From Veleropilina oligotropha (Eukaryota), in assembly GCA_048128005.1 (NCBI GenBank), contig JBEUKZ010000080.1:248001-312000 (forward strand): a stretch of 64,000 nt of DNA, in the 5' to 3' direction. Positions 33,943-48,293 of this stretch are shown in pieces; within the stretch, counting starts at the first letter, position 1, and each line of letters starts with the position of its first letter. A model generated the notes under the pieces. The model had not been told where the DNA came from. It searched no databases and worked only from the letters and a program-made list of their open reading frames with translations. The position numbers and the translations under genes were made by a program.

Positions 33943-34765
33943 TAAACAAGAGCCCGTCAGAAAACGGATTAATCCCCTGCCTTCCAAAATCACTCTGACA
34001 TAAACTTTAACCAAAATTTATATGTCAAAAGACATCAAGTTCCTTCAATATTTATACAAAATAATATTCAAAATCATTGCTAGAGTAATTTTAAGGAGGT
34101 ATCAATATAAGCATCACCAAAGAATATGTATGCAATAATGGCAATTCACTCAACTAAAATTTCTATGTCCACAAACAAAAATTTCTATGTCCACAAACAC
34201 CAATTTCACATGTTATGTATATTTAATATAAATCACTTGCAGATGACGGAGCAGCATCAATATAGTCAACACTAAAGTATATGGATGTAAAACAGTGCCT
34301 AGAACAACCCATATGCCCATTGCAAAATTTACACAAAACTTTAACCAAAATTTCTATGTCCACAAACACCTATTTTTATGCAATAATTATATTAAATTTT
34401 ATTTAGCATCACTTCCATAGTATCAGTTGACGTTCATATTATCAATACCAAAGCATAATTATATACACCAAAATGTTGTTTCAGCAACCCATATATATGC
34501 ACTCAATGAAAAACTTTAACCAGAATCTTTAACCAAAATTTCTATGTTCAAAAACACCTACATTTACATGATTTATGCAATAATTATATTAAATTTTATT
34601 CAATCTCACTTTCAGAGTACCAGGTGTCATCCATATAATGCCTACAAAAGCATATATATGCCAAAAAGTATCATGGGCAAGACTCAATTCGAAACTGTAA
34701 CCAAATTGTTTACGGAAGGACATGGCAACAACAATATCCCCGCTATCTTCTGGCGGGGGATAAAA
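33943..34765 (+). mobile_element. Helentron/HINE-like non-autonomous element
   Basis: 5' aaacaagag; degenerate internal repeats (aactttaaccaaaatttctatgt); 3' hairpin atccccgc..gcggggat then AAAAA. Confidence 0.6.
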
Positions 34766-34996
34766 ATAAGGTCATATTGTCCATTACACATTAGCTTGTA
34801 TATAACATGCCCGACTATAGGGAGTTAACCATGCTCCCAACATATTGTTTAGTTATTTTTGTTCTTTAACCAAAACTTTAAACAAATTGATTACATCTTT
34901 ACATTTTGGGAATATTACCTAAGATGGACCATGCATTCATATTATAGGAATGTTATTTTATTCGAATTCTTGAGAAAGGAAATCAAGCAAAACACT

Positions 34997-35221
34997 GGTA
35001 CTTCCTTGTTATCTCCCCCCCCCCCCCACACTATTAATGAACATGCAACAATTATTAGATTATTGATCTAACTGTTAAATCCATGGGGACTAGTAACAGG
35101 TGAACCTCGGTCAGTCCAGGCTCATGGGGCGATCCGGTGTATATACGTTTGTAAAGCCAATACAACTACGTACCCATCACGCGATTTTCAATAGTGTTGG
35201 GGGAGATAACAAGGAAGTACC
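34997..35221. mobile_element. MITE
   Basis: TIRs ggtacttccttgttatctccccc / gggggagataacaaggaagtacc. Confidence 0.7.
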
Positions 35222-36769
35222 CAAAACATATATTAACGTTTTAAATTGTCTATTGAATTTGATTATTTTTAATAAAGTTAGCACATAAACAAAATGTATA
35301 TACAAACAGTTGTAGAAATCATATTTAATATTCAATGAAATTAAAAACTATAATTACTTCTCTTACAAAACCTTTTTACTACAATTTCTTTATTTCATAT
35401 GCACACAATTTACAATATATTGTCACTTCTCTCTAAGCTGAGTGTCAGCCCTAACCTTTCCTTGTTAACTGCATGTCCAGCTTGAATGACCCTGCACAAC
35501 AATTTCTAGCTATGCATGCCCTCAAGTTGACCTTTGATGTGGCTGTTCAATCATGGCTGTTCAATCAACCTTCTGAAATAGTAGTCAATCTTGGAAACTT
35601 TTATGAATGGGATATAGAATGTGGGCCATAAAGTCACAGCCTTTGACATTCTATCTTTTAGAATCCCCCCTGTGAAACACATGTAATTTGCAATTAAACA
35701 GCCTTATTTTTGTGCACTTTATTGATTTGCACAAACATAAACACACAAAGTTGGTAAAATAGATTTATTATTAGTTTTCAGATGTACCATACACTAATTT
35801 GAGAGGAAATTCGATAATTTAAGCAATAAACAGATAGGTGGAATAGCCATGGAAATTCTGCCTGTTTACCGATCAGTAATTTTTTCCAATCGCAAGCTAC
35901 ATGTTTGTTTGATACAATTATAGTTCAATATGACACAGCAGAAGAGTTTGATTAACTAAATATGTAACATAATAAATATGGGATATTGCATTTAAATAGA
36001 CCAAATTCCAGTACAGAAGTGGGTGCTACTTGAAACATCGGATGCACAAGTCGTGAATTACAGTGACCTACATTTTTACGGACTGTGATTGGACAAAATG
36101 TAAATGTGATGAGATTTTTCAAAAGCTAGATATATGTCTCCAACATAATAATATGCTAGGACCTTGGATTAACCATGAAGAATATATTTTGAATTGTAAT
36201 AATTATTTGTGTGAGTTCACAAACACAATTCAAACATTAAAAGTAGAAGAATGACACTTTTGGAATACAGAGTAATTCCAAAAATTCATTATTACTGATT
36301 ACATTAGTCACTATTCTAACATAGTCATATTACTAAAATCAATAAATTTTGGCTAGCGCTGTGTATTAAAATTTCTGTTCTTAGAAATATTTGTACAGAA
36401 ATTTCACAATATAATATAGTTAGAAATTGCTGGCTTTTAAAGGACATCACACTTTGAACAATGACTTACAGGATAACACCAGCCAAAATTGCTATTCATG
36501 ACAATCAAAGTATGTTGTATATGAAGCGGTCAAATATAATTGTGAGTGACATAGATATTTAATTGATTTGACAAGTTACAGTATACCACATGCACCATGT
36601 GTACAATTGTACTACTACTATTGTATAACATTATTATGTCTACATTTTACTTAAATATCATATTTCGTTAAAATAAATTTTGCCTTAATTGTATGTTACG
36701 TACATCTTTTAAATTGTACATCAAACCTTGTTGTTCAATGAAACTCCATAACAGAAACTTCAAAGCATA

Positions 36770-37815
36770 GAGCAGATTATAACATTGAGAAAAATTCCAA
36801 CAATTAACTTTATTAAATTTCCTAAGTTAAATCTCATAATATAATTTCATTTTTTTGTATCAAATAATAATTAATTTACCTCCAATAATTCTGCTCTGGT
36901 GCCATGGTACATTGAAATAAACATATCTAATATTCAAAGATGCTAGAAAGTTCCAATGGCAGTTATAGCAAAATTGATAAACTAGCATTTTGAAGTAAAA
37001 TTTGATATAAATCATAATCCATTTTAGTTTTATAATGTCGTGGAATATTGGAAAATACTTATCTAAAATAACAAGGTGGAAAAGAGTGCACATGGTTGCC
37101 TAATTAGATCATGATTGAAAAACTTTAACATTTACTGCAGGTGGCGGACAGACAACTGGACGGACATCATCATTAAATAGGCTAGCATATATAATGTATT
37201 GCATGCGATTCAATAAAACTTCAAAAATGAAAAGCAGGCAACCTTGAGAAAAAACATTTACCTTTATAAAATTTCCCAAATTAAAATCTCACATAAATTC
37301 TGCTCTGGTGCTATGGGATATTGAAATATACATATCTATTGTTCAACGATGCTAAAACGTTTCAATTAAGATATTATAGCATCAATGAAAAACTTGAACA
37401 AAATAATGTTTATGTCCAGATGTAGCACTATTAAGTAAATTTGATTTAAATTACATTCCATATTACTGTCATAGTGCCGTACAACATTGCAGTAGACATA
37501 TATGTCAAATACAACGATGATAAAGAATGCACATGTTTGCCTATATAGCTATTGAAAAACTTTAACATTCAAAATTTCTAAGTTCGAAAGCAGCATTTTG
37601 AAGTAAAATTTTATTTAAATTACATTCAATATTACTAGTGTAGTGTTGTGCAACATGGGAATAGACATATCTACAATAATATTATGATAAAGAAAGCACA
37701 GGGTTGCCTATATAGCATGATTGAAAAACTTTAACATTCACTGCGGACGACCGGGCGGATGTACATCATCATTACATACTTTAGGCTCGCATCTGCGTTG
37801 CATGCGAGCCAAAAA
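36770..37815 (+). mobile_element. Two tandem HINE-like repeats of the family flanking the DIRS copies
   Basis: Homologous to 8802-9367; terminal modules at about 37120-37215 and 37725-37815. Confidence 0.7.
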
Positions 37816-38135
37816 TGATACTCATCACTGCATTTGATGTAAAATCATTTTTCATGCACAAAAAAACTTACATGATGAATACCCAGACCATGCAGACTCT
37901 GCGGACTTGATCAACCTCCTGAGCTCATATATAACAACTAATAAAACCAAAAGCACGTTAAAGAAAAATGCTCTTGTATATATACTAGTGGTCGCCCTAA
38001 ATCATCAATGCACAGCTGCTTGCGGTAAAGCATGGCAGAGGCAATAAATGTATATTTTATTCGTTGGGAGCAATCTATAGACTGTAAATAATGGCACAGT
38101 TATTGACTGAAACCTACCATATGATCAACACTTAA

Positions 38136-38825
38136 GCGGCTCTCACATATAAGTCCCGAGTTAGCAGAGTGCGCCCCGAGTGATCACTCGGGGAATAACG
38201 GGGTTACTCCGGGTGGACACGGGGTGCGCTCCGGGAGCACTCTGGTAGCTCTTGGCATGATCCTGAGTGTTTTGCGCTTGCACAAAACACTCGGGACCGT
38301 GGCCACGAGTTGAAACACGGAACGCACATGGGGCGAACTCGGGGCGTACTCAGCGAACTTGGAGCGAACTCAGGGCGTACTCTGTGAACTCGGAGCGTGC
38401 TCCGGGCATAAGAAATGGCCCAGAGCTTCCCGTTAGTGCCCGGTGTCCGCCCAGAGTACCCCCGAGTGAGCCCGTGCAATTTGTCATGAATTGCATGGAT
38501 ATGTTCTGGGTGCAAACTACACGCGGCCGAGACACAGACGGGGGAAACACGGGGTGAATTCAGGGCTCGCTCGAGGAACTCGGAGCGCGCGCGGGGAACT
38601 CGGGGCACGCTCGGAGGCCCCTCGGGATTTGCTCTGGATGAACTCGGGGTGGACACGTCCTGCACTCGGGATACCCCTAGTTCACTCCTACTGCACCCTG
38701 GGTGGACTCGGACCAAACTCTGGCTGCTACCATTCCGGGCACACTCGGGGATGTTTTGGCACCGAGCTGACCCTGAGTTAAACTCGGGACACTCTGCTAG
38801 CTCGGGACATATATGTGAGAGCCGC
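38136..38825. mobile_element. GC-rich MITE flanked by TTAA
   Basis: TIR of about 35 bp gcggctctcacatataagtcccgagttagcagagtg; many internal actcgg repeats; superfamily ambiguous. Confidence 0.85.
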
Positions 38826-38969
38826 TTAATGACCTCCAGACATCAGTCATGTTATTATATAGCCAGATCTAATGGTCAGTTCTCACAGGTGCCAATCAAG
38901 ATTAGCTGGACCCGATCACAGATTATTGGTGGAATATATATAAATCCATGTCAGATTATCAGAGATATT

Positions 38970-39089
38970 GGTGGCTTCTTCAGTGCTGTGTGACATCACT
39001 ACTTGGTCACATGACTGTCGCAAGGACGATCATGTGACATCAGTTGTTTGTAGATGGCCGGCAGGTCGTATCTGGTGTCACGGTTCAGG
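38970..39089 (-). mobile_element. Inverted partial copy of Penelope-like 3' end (pseudo-LTR)
   Basis: Reverse complement of about 40662-40782, including the 5' half of the hammerhead. Confidence 0.75.
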
Positions 39090-39491
39090 CTCTAATGTCC
39101 TGATGTAACACAATGGCCCCCCATTGTTTAATTGGTTTCATATAATAGTTTACTATCGCTTAATCTGTATGAAATATAACTCGGAATGGTGTTTCAGTAT
39201 TGCGTAAGTTAACGGTCATTAAGTAAGTGCGCAACAAGTAACGCTTCAGTCAATCAAGTTGTTAGACGCTCGAAGAACGCACAGCTAGAGTAAACAATAA
39301 TTTCCTGGCCTCACCAAATGGTACTTCTCAGAGATGCCATAGAATCGCATAATGAATATTAATTATATTAATTCTCATTAATATTCAGGCATATGCAATT
39401 TCAAGCAACGAATTATAAGCGGTAAAGCATATCATGTGATTGCAAGTTCCAATGTTAATCGCGCAAAGCGAAAGTTCTCTCTTAAAACTGA

Positions 39492-39778
39492 ACCGCGCAG
39501 CAACATCGCGCTAGGAGTTCTCTATTAATATTTCACCGCGCAACAACATCGCGCTAGGAGTTCTCTCTTGATATTTCACTGCGCAACAACATCGCACTAG
39601 GAGTTCTCTCTTGATATTTCACCGCGCAACAACATCGCGCTAGGAGTTCTCTCTTGATATTTTACCGCGCAACAACATCGCGCTAGGAGTTCTCTCTTGA
39701 TATTTCACCGCGCAACAACATCGCGCTAGTTCTCTCTTGATATTTCACCGCGCAACAACACTGCGCAGGGAGTTCTCA
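39492..39778 (+). repeat. 43-bp minisatellite, about 6.5 copies
   Basis: Unit ccgcgcaacaacatcgcgctaggagttctctcttgatatttca. Confidence 0.92.
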
Positions 39779-40094
39779 CTGCACGGGACCCGGGATGTAG
39801 TTGCAATGTTGGAATGTTAATAAACATTATAGACCCTAACGTTGCTTGGAGTTATATAAGAAAACACAACGTGAACATTGAAGAAGATATTACTGCAAAA
39901 AGCCACTAGACGAAGACACGCCTCCAAGTCTGTTACACTATTGGGCAGATAGTGTAACACTGATCTCGATGGAATCATTAATCTTCCTCCACCACAGTTG
40001 GGCCTCTCTGCTAACCACCTTGGCATCTGTGGACAGGATAGAATGGCCTCTGTCAATACCTTAATTTCACCTCCAACCATCATCTTCAATACAA

Positions 40095-40810
40095 ACGGTC
40101 AGTCATATGCATCCTGATGGATCGAGCCCAACGCTTAGTCACTCACGACCAAGACAAATCAGAGGAAGTAGCACACGTCAAGGACGCACTCACTGCAGGC
40201 CACCCCACTTGGATGTTCAAACTTCCACGCACATGCGACAAGCCCAAGCCTACGGGAACCCAATCTGACCATCGAAAACCCAATGTAGCCTTGCCGTACA
40301 TACGAGGACTCTCAGAAAAGCACCGCCACATTTTCTGAGAACACGGCGTATCAACAATTCACAAGCCCTTTAACACCATAAGGGCCAACCTAGTACACCC
40401 CAAGGACAAAACAACAGACCTCAACAAGTGTGGTGTGGTGTACCAGGTAAACTGCCAGGCTTGTGGACACTCGTACGTCGTGGAAACACTAGTCGGACTC
40501 TGGGGGTCCACATCAAAGACTACCTATCCAAGCTGACCCCAAGCATATCGCGAACATAGGCCATTCGATCCAGTCCACAGATGTCAAGGTAGTTATCAGA
40601 GGCCCAACTGTGTGGAGGAGGAAGATTAACGAGACCATCGAGATCAGGACCAGAGCCTCCACCCTGAACCGCGACATGGGATACGACCTACTGGCCATCT
40701 ACAGTTAACTGCTGTCACATGATCGTCCTAGCGACGGTCAAGTGACCAAGGAGTGATGTCACATATCACTGAAGAAGCCACCGAGATGGTGGCGAAAGCT
40801 CTGCTTTGCC
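40095..40810 (+). mobile_element. Penelope-like element 3' fragment (degenerate GIY-YIG region)
   Basis: VALPYIRGLSE, HPKDK, CGVVYQVNC..C...YV and LNRD.G motifs across stops and frameshifts. Confidence 0.85.
40765..40805 (+). ncRNA. Minimal hammerhead ribozyme motif of Penelope type
   Basis: CUGAAGA-a-gccacc(gagau)gguggc-GAAA-gcuc-ugcu. Confidence 0.65.
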
Positions 40811-41430
40811 AACACATAGACTCTGAAAGGCAACTCTTTACGTAATTATGGTTATTCTTAACTTTGAATTACAATACCGCATGGCACCTGCGGCGGCTTT
40901 GCCTTATTTTCCTAAGAATCATCGAAAATAGTCAACAAAATTAATAGGTGCCAAGCCTCTAATAGATGCTGGGTCTATGAGCCACCTTAACTTATTTAGC
41001 GCCTGTGTGCCTATTAGAACCTTTATGGTATGAATTACAAGCTACTTATAGCCCACAAGTGAGAGTTGAGCCATGTTGTCAGGCAGTCAATCTTCAGATA
41101 ATGCGGTGACTGAGGTACATGACTACAAGGTCAGGCCTTCTTCATTCGGTGGTGATAATTAGAGAGTCGCCTTCAATCTTAACTTTCCCAATTGTGCTGC
41201 TTCGGCGGAACGGTGTCACTGGATTCGAATCGACATTTCGATCAGACGTGTTTCACCATTATTCTGGGCATTCCTCCCATGATCATATGGACAATCCCAA
41301 CATGACGTTACAAAATAATCTCGCACCGGGTATTTAAATTTCTACTATTTAATATGAAGATAATTTTTGAATCAACGTTGTGATCTATTTGATGTAGGCC
41401 CGTAGTTCACAAAGAATTAGATGTCAATAG

Positions 41431-44400
41431 TGTAATATTATGGTATTCGATGTTGGACCAGTATTATTGTAGCACTCTTTAGTAATGCGGGTATGAATAT
41501 TGTACTTCCGCCTTCTAGAACATTCTTAAATAAATGCTTGAATCATCCACATGTGTTGTAAATCACCACGTAGAGAATCCGCCTGCATCAGACATATACG
41601 TACATGCCCAAGAACATTACATGGTGTCAGAATAAGGGATAATGGATTTGACAGGTATTCCACAGCCTCAAATTGATTGGGAAGCGAAAAATCTCCCAGA
41701 AGCATGGCGAAAGTTCAAACAACACGTGGAACTAATTTTCAAAGGACCGCTGAAAGGCAAAACAGAAGACGTCAAATGCACCTATTTACTCCTATGGATA
41801 GGAGAAAAGGGCCGTGATATTCGCAACACGTGGACTGATATCAGTGACGAAGATTGTAACAAACTCGAAGTTTATTACTCAAAGTATCAGTCCTATGTTC
41901 AACCAAAGCTAAACCCTATCTTCGCTCGTTACAAATTTAATAACGAAGTGCAGGGCATCAGTTCGATAGAACAATTCGTGACAAGATTGAAACTCTTATC
42001 TAACGACTGTGGGTTTCCAGACCGTGACGGGATGCTTAGAGATAGAATAGTATTCGGCACGTCATCGTCAAAGGTATGTGAAAAACTAATAAATGAAGGT
42101 GGAACACTCACATTAGATAAAGCCCTGCAAATCGCACAATCATTCGAATATGCACAGGAACAATTGAAGTTAATGAACTCGGAAACCCAAATGACCTCTG
42201 AGGTGAGCTCATTATCTCGTTCAAATACATACGATAAAGCACCGCGAACTGCTCGTGGAAATCCACAACCAGGTGGAAGAACACAGACAAGGCAAGCGAC
42301 ATATGGCGATCGTAAATCCATGGGAAAACAAAGAAAGTGTACTCGATGTGGAAGAGAACATTACTACAACGTTAATTGCCCAGCCAAAGGACGCCAGTGC
42401 GACAAATGCCAAAAATGGAACCATTTCGCATCCGTATGCAAGACGAATACAGAAAACGTGAACGAGGTCATCGAAGCACCGTGTACATCCAACACGAGTG
42501 ACAGTGATCCTGATGACTTTTGTATTGATAGTATAGAATCTAATGTTGTACATGGTCAGGCCTTTGCCACTTTAGAAGTAGGTAATAAGGGATATGAGGT
42601 AAAATTTAAACTAGACACTGGGTCTCAAGTAAATATTATACCTGAATCATTGTATAACAAACTAGAGCACACATACCCATTGAAATCTCCTGAAAGTCAG
42701 TTGTATGCATATTGTGGTAATTCATTGAAAGCGATAGGTCAATGCAACCTAAATTGTAGATACAAAGATCGCAATATGTCAATTAAGCTCTACATTGTTA
42801 ACACACAGTCGACACCCATCTTGAGCTTACAGTCATGCATAGACTTTGGGTTGATTGAACTCACCTACTCCGTAGATGCACACATTAACAATGCACAACC
42901 CCTGACCAAAGACATGGTCTTGTCGCATTATGCAGACACATTCGAGGGTATTGGTCTATTCCCGGGTGAATGCAAGATACATGTTGACCCCAACGCTACA
43001 CCTGTCATTCACCCACCTCGGAAAGTTCCGATAGCACTCCGCACTAAGGTCAAAGCAGAGTTAGATAGAATGGAGAAGGCTGACATTATCGCTAAGGTCA
43101 ATGACCCCACCGAATGGGTAAATTCAATGGTAATAGTCGAGAAACCTACCACTGGCAAACTCCGCATTTGCCTTGACCCTGTTGACCTAAATCGATCTAT
43201 ATTGCGTCCGCATTATCCCATGCGAACTATAGAGGATGTGTTACCGCAGCTGACAGGGGCACGCTACTTCACCAAACTTGACGCACGTTCAGGCTATTGG
43301 GCCATCAAACTGACAAATGACTCGACATTCCTTACCACATTTAACACTCCGTTCGGGAGATACCGATACTTGCGCCTCCCGTTTGGCATTAGCTGTGCCC
43401 AAGACGAGTTTCAGCGCGCGATTGACGAAAGTTTTGAAGGTGTTGACGGTATGGCAGCCATTGTCGATGACATCCTTGTGTACGGACGGACAGTCAAAGA
43501 GCATGACACGAATCTTATGCCCAAGAAAAGGGTATAAAACTGAACTCCGACAAACTAGAAGTAGGTGTTAGTGAAGTCCATTACTTCGGTCACATTATTT
43601 CCGCAGACGGTTTGAGAGTTGACCCTGCTAAGGTAAAAGCTATTAGCCAAATGAAAGCCCCTAGCTACCGAGCAGAGCTCGAAACTATATTAGGCATGAT
43701 AAACTACTTGGCAAAGTTTGCCCCAAACTTGTCAGAACTGACCTGCGCGATGAGACAGTTACTATCACGTAACATAGAATTCGTTTGGGACCATGCACAA
43801 AATGTCGCCTCGGGTAATGATCCACTCATTGGCATCCTTGAATACCGCACTACTCCATTAGAATGTGGTCTATCCCCATCCCAATTACTTATGGGTCGCC
43901 GACTCCGATCCATATTACCATCCACACATGAATTGTTGAAACCACAATCTGTGGATTCACAGAGAATTCACGACTCTCTCACATTGTCACATAACCGACA
44001 AAAGAAGTACCATGACATCTCATCAAAGCCTTTAAAGCCACTACATACTGGTGAAACTGTCCGCATACGTAACGGCACACACACTTGGCAACCAGCTATA
44101 GTGACTCATGAACATGACCCCAGATCGTTTACTGTACACACTCCGGACGGTGCATCTTATAGACGCAATAAGCGACATTTACTGAAGACTGCCGAAGCCG
44201 CATGTGATGTTAAAACACCAAACAACTCTGAGTTGGAACCATTTGATTTCGGTTCATCTATTGGACCAAAGACTGATGATAATCCTCCAGTGCATGCACC
44301 TCAGCCAACACTGACCGATAAAATGGATCATAATAATTATGTTACCCGTTCAGGTCGTATGGTAAAACCCAAGCCAATTTATGATGTGTAAATTTGCTTT

Positions 44401-44690
44401 ATTAACGTAATCTGTACTTTATGATTATTACATGCTTATGGGTTATGATTCTTGATGTTTGTTTGATTATGTACAAGGGACCATCTCAAAGAAGGAAGAT
44501 GTAATATTATGGTATTCGATGTTGGACCAGTATTATTGTAGCACTCTTTAGTAATGCGGGTATGAATATTGTACTTCCGCCTTCTAGAAAATTCTTAAAT
44601 AAATGCTTGAATCATCCACATGTGTTGTAAATCACCACGTTGAGAATCCGCCTGCATCAGACATATACGTACATGCCCAAGAACATTACA
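41431..44690 (+). mobile_element. Gypsy (Mag-clade, Steamer-like) LTR retrotransposon, internally deleted
   Basis: 191-bp LTRs 41431-41621 and 44500-44690 (2 mismatches seen); TSD aatag; PBS tggtgtcagaa (tRNA-Leu type); PPT aaagaaggaaga. Confidence 0.95.
41642..44391 (+). pseudogene. Fused gag-pol with frameshift near 43520 and deletion of RNase H and most of integrase near 43800
   Basis: Two Cys-His knuckles, KLDTGS protease, LDARSGY/LPFGI/IVDD RT; WDHAQ is joined directly to the integrase tail (LEYRTTP...SPSQLLMGRRLR). Confidence 0.9.
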
Positions 44691-46351
44691 AATAGAGCTA
44701 ATCAAGCAAATTAATTGGGAATAACTTCTATGAAAACGTCTATTGTTTAATTACTAGCGAGAATGGCGGTTTCATTAAGAGTTTCACTAGAGTTGCCAAA
44801 TAATAGGGATTAGCGCAACTGACATGCTCTGAGCTCGAGTGATTTAATACAAGTTTGCGTTTATCGGCAATTTGAAAGTACATAGCTATTAGGCCTAACC
44901 GCAAAGGTAATCTGGATTGTCGGCAAAAACTATAAATATAAGAGGATTAATGATAATCGGCTTTTTAAGGTTTAATTTTGTTATGACAAGTAATTAAGTA
45001 ATTATAAGGCTGTGCATATTGTACTTGACTGAAGATATATATAATAAGAATTGTAAATATTTAAGGTTGTATTATATAATTATTTTATGGTGTTTAATAT
45101 ATATTTAATTATAATATTGGGAAAGCCATGATTTATGATAACGTTAGGGAACCGAAAAAAATCCCAAGATGTGTTGAAGTTACAATGTGGGTAGCCATCT
45201 AGTGGTCCAGTATCACTGGCCCCTATATGGTTGCGTTGATGCATTTTCTGCCATTGGACAACGAGAAGGATGCGTGGAACATGTTGTGTAAATCACAGCT
45301 ACAGAGGAGCGAAAATTATTTCAGGACAAATCCGCTCTGTTATAAAACGATCACATGACAAAATTTCCTTCCATCTGTCTACTTAGTAAAATGACTACAT
45401 CACAAAAAACTTCCATTTTTATGGGACACCCTGTATTTCATTATGAGGGCTCTAAATTTTGCTTCTGAAAATGGCCAGATTCAACATTTACTAAATTAAT
45501 GTCTTGGAGCAAAATGTTTAGTGCTCAGCAGGTAGTAAAATTATTTCCAAAATTCAGCCAAGCTAGTACATATTGGATTGACACAACACTGCATGCATGG
45601 CCGAAATCTATATATATCCAGTCCTTATGGGAGCGATCGAGAATTTTTCCATTCATAACAGCTCTCTCATTGATTTTATTTCTCAGGAAATTGAATTAAT
45701 TCCCTGTCGGCGATCAATATCATGTGTAATTACTGAGTGACGACACCAGAAATAACAGGGAGTATCTCCATCCATCGATGGTTCCACATGAATCTGGCAG
45801 AGCTGGTGAACAGAGGAGAAATCAACGAGGAATAAAAATGAAAGATGGGTCACTATGATACTATAAATTACAAGTCCTTAAAAGGAAACTGACTTATTCA
45901 TGGTAATTTCTCTCTTTTAAGACTTGCTGGAATTGGACTTACTTCACCCAGGAACCACGGTCGACGACCAGTACGCAGAAGGCTATTGACGTTCAGTCGT
46001 CAGTCATCATCTGAGTGGCGCTAAATTACCGTCCAAATCACGCACAAATATAGATTACCAGAATGAAACCATGATCTGAAATGTTATGATAGATTTATAG
46101 GTTGTGCATTAATAGCACTTTTATGTAAGTTCCAAAGTCAAAGAGAAATATTATATTTAATCGATAGTGGCACGATTTACCAAGAGTTTGATAGATTGGT
46201 CACTGAGGTAAATATTCACATCACTATTAGTGTGAGCACATGACAGAATTAAGGCTATTATATATATATATATATATAAAGTATATTATTTATGATGCAG
46301 AACTGTGAGCGTGCATTCGTGGGTGAATACAGCGAATTATAAATGCCCATT

Positions 46352-46490
46352 ATTACCCTCGCCTCCAGAGGTGCGTGCGTGTGTGTGTGTGTGTGTGTGT
46401 GTGCGTGCGTGCGTGTATGTATGTCCATTCGCATAACTCAAAAACTATTGATCCGATTTACTTGAAATTTTTACAAAATGTAGGGCTTCT
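46352..46490. repeat. (GT)n/(GCGT)n microsatellite within a probable Helentron-like end
   Basis: Short hairpin followed by gtgt/gcgt/gtat runs. Confidence 0.55.
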
Positions 46491-47206
46491 CTCTGGCAGG
46501 TTTTCGGCTTTAGGGTTAAAACGCTACATCGTATAAACTTCAAAATAGGTTCAAAATGTTCTTTTGATCAGGGGCCAATGACAACATGAATTATATAGAA
46601 TCTATCTCTCACACGATGGCCGCCAGGGAGATTTAAAATTTTAAAAATAGGGGGTCAATTTCTAATTTCGCCAAATCGAATTAAATTATCTAAATCCGTT
46701 ATGCAAATCATAGTCATGAAGAAATTATATTGATATCAGCAAAAATATTTTGAAAATAATGTGAAATGTGAACTTTATAAGCATTTTAGAAATCAACCAA
46801 AGCAAATTGCAAATAAATGCCGTAAATCTGTAACCACTGAAACCAGACACCTCAAATTTTACCAAGTGACAGAGTGGGACATTATCTACAACTCTTATTG
46901 ATATACTTTATGTGTTTGAGCGAATTTGTAGCAATAATTTTTGTTCCGAAGTCAAAATCGTCCAGACGTTGCGATATTTGTGAAACCTCTTTAAATACTG
47001 CTAACGCCGTGATATAATTTACACCCATTAAGCAAGGATACCGTAATCTATCTATCTTGAAAATTTCAGGTACCGGTATATCGCTTTAGTAACTATTGAG
47101 TTATTGCGAGTTAAGTATTGTCAACTTCAGCAAAATTTGCAAATATAAAAATCTAACACCAAATATAAATAGCCTAAATTAGCCGTAGTAATTACTAATT
47201 TAGGTT

Positions 47207-47270
47207 GTCTGTATAGCGCAAAAGGTTAAGGTGTTGGCGAGAGATCTAGAGGTCAGGGGTTCGACTACCG
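47207..47270 (+). mobile_element. tRNA-derived SINE head (putative)
   Basis: A-box-like tagcgcaaaagg, B-box-like ggttcgactacc. Confidence 0.4.
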
Positions 47271-47274
47271 TTAC

Positions 47275-47965
47275 CGTTACGATGTTTCGGTCCATCTTCA
47301 GTAGTCCGCACGCTCACAAACCGTGCCAGCGCTCAAGGCTAATCAATACGCCGATTGGGCACTGAACATACCCCCACCCAAAGCTCAATCCACAATTACC
47401 AACACCAACGAAGGAGGAAACAAACCACCATCCATAGGGTTACCATACGTGCAAGGTTTATCTGAACCACTAGCCCGGGTGTTCAAGAGTCATAACGTAC
47501 TTATATAAATTTCACAAACCGAAGAATACAATCAGTTCGCTGATTGTCCATCCGAAGGACAAAACACCTATGGAAAAGCATTATAACACCATCTATCACA
47601 GTACGTGTGATGCAGACAACCAACATACCTACATCGGCGCAACGAAACGCCCCCTTAAGCGACAGTTCAAGGAACATTGTAACATCAACCAACCCACAGG
47701 TGTAGGGGACCATTGTCTAGAGACTGGACACTCAGTATCCATTAAGAAAACCAGGATACTAACACAAGAAGAAGACTGGTTCAGTCGCAAAGTGAAAGAA
47801 GCCATTTACATCAGGCAACAGAAACCCACCATGAACCGGGACCTGGGCTACCACTTCCCGGCCATCTCAGTGACACATCGATTCTCCTGCCACATCGAGC
47901 GCTATGTCATAAACCGGAATTACGTGACCAAGGTCCGCAGTAGACGAACCGAAATGTCGTAATCG
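47275..47965 (+). mobile_element. Penelope-like fragment with GIY-YIG endonuclease; degenerate hammerhead-like ends in inverted orientation
   Basis: IGLPYVQGLSE; IYHSTC..YIGATKR...KEH; RKVKEAIYI..MNRD; ctgaaga..gaaa on minus at about 47280-47306. Confidence 0.85.
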
Positions 47966-48293
47966 TTTCTCAATTTTTTGTTTCAAAGTAAGTAAATCTA
48001 CATTTACTATTTATTATCCACTAATATCCTCGTCGGCATTACAGATGATTACGAAGCCCATACTAGTATATGCAGCCTATATATACTGCTGTATTATGTA
48101 ACAGACACTAATGCGCATAGCATTTATAATTTATTTTAGAAGGGACTAATTGTTCGGTTTTAATTTTTGTGCATTCTTAACGCATTTACGCATAGAGTTT
48201 ATAGACATGGTCCATGCAGATATTTTTAAATTTTGAACTTGAAGTATTTCACCCTAATTAATTAGTGGATGTTGCATGCACAAATGGTCCATA

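Noticed and set aside
38204..38993. 100-170 aa ORFs
   Set aside because: Mostly inside a GC-rich repetitive MITE; no transposase motifs
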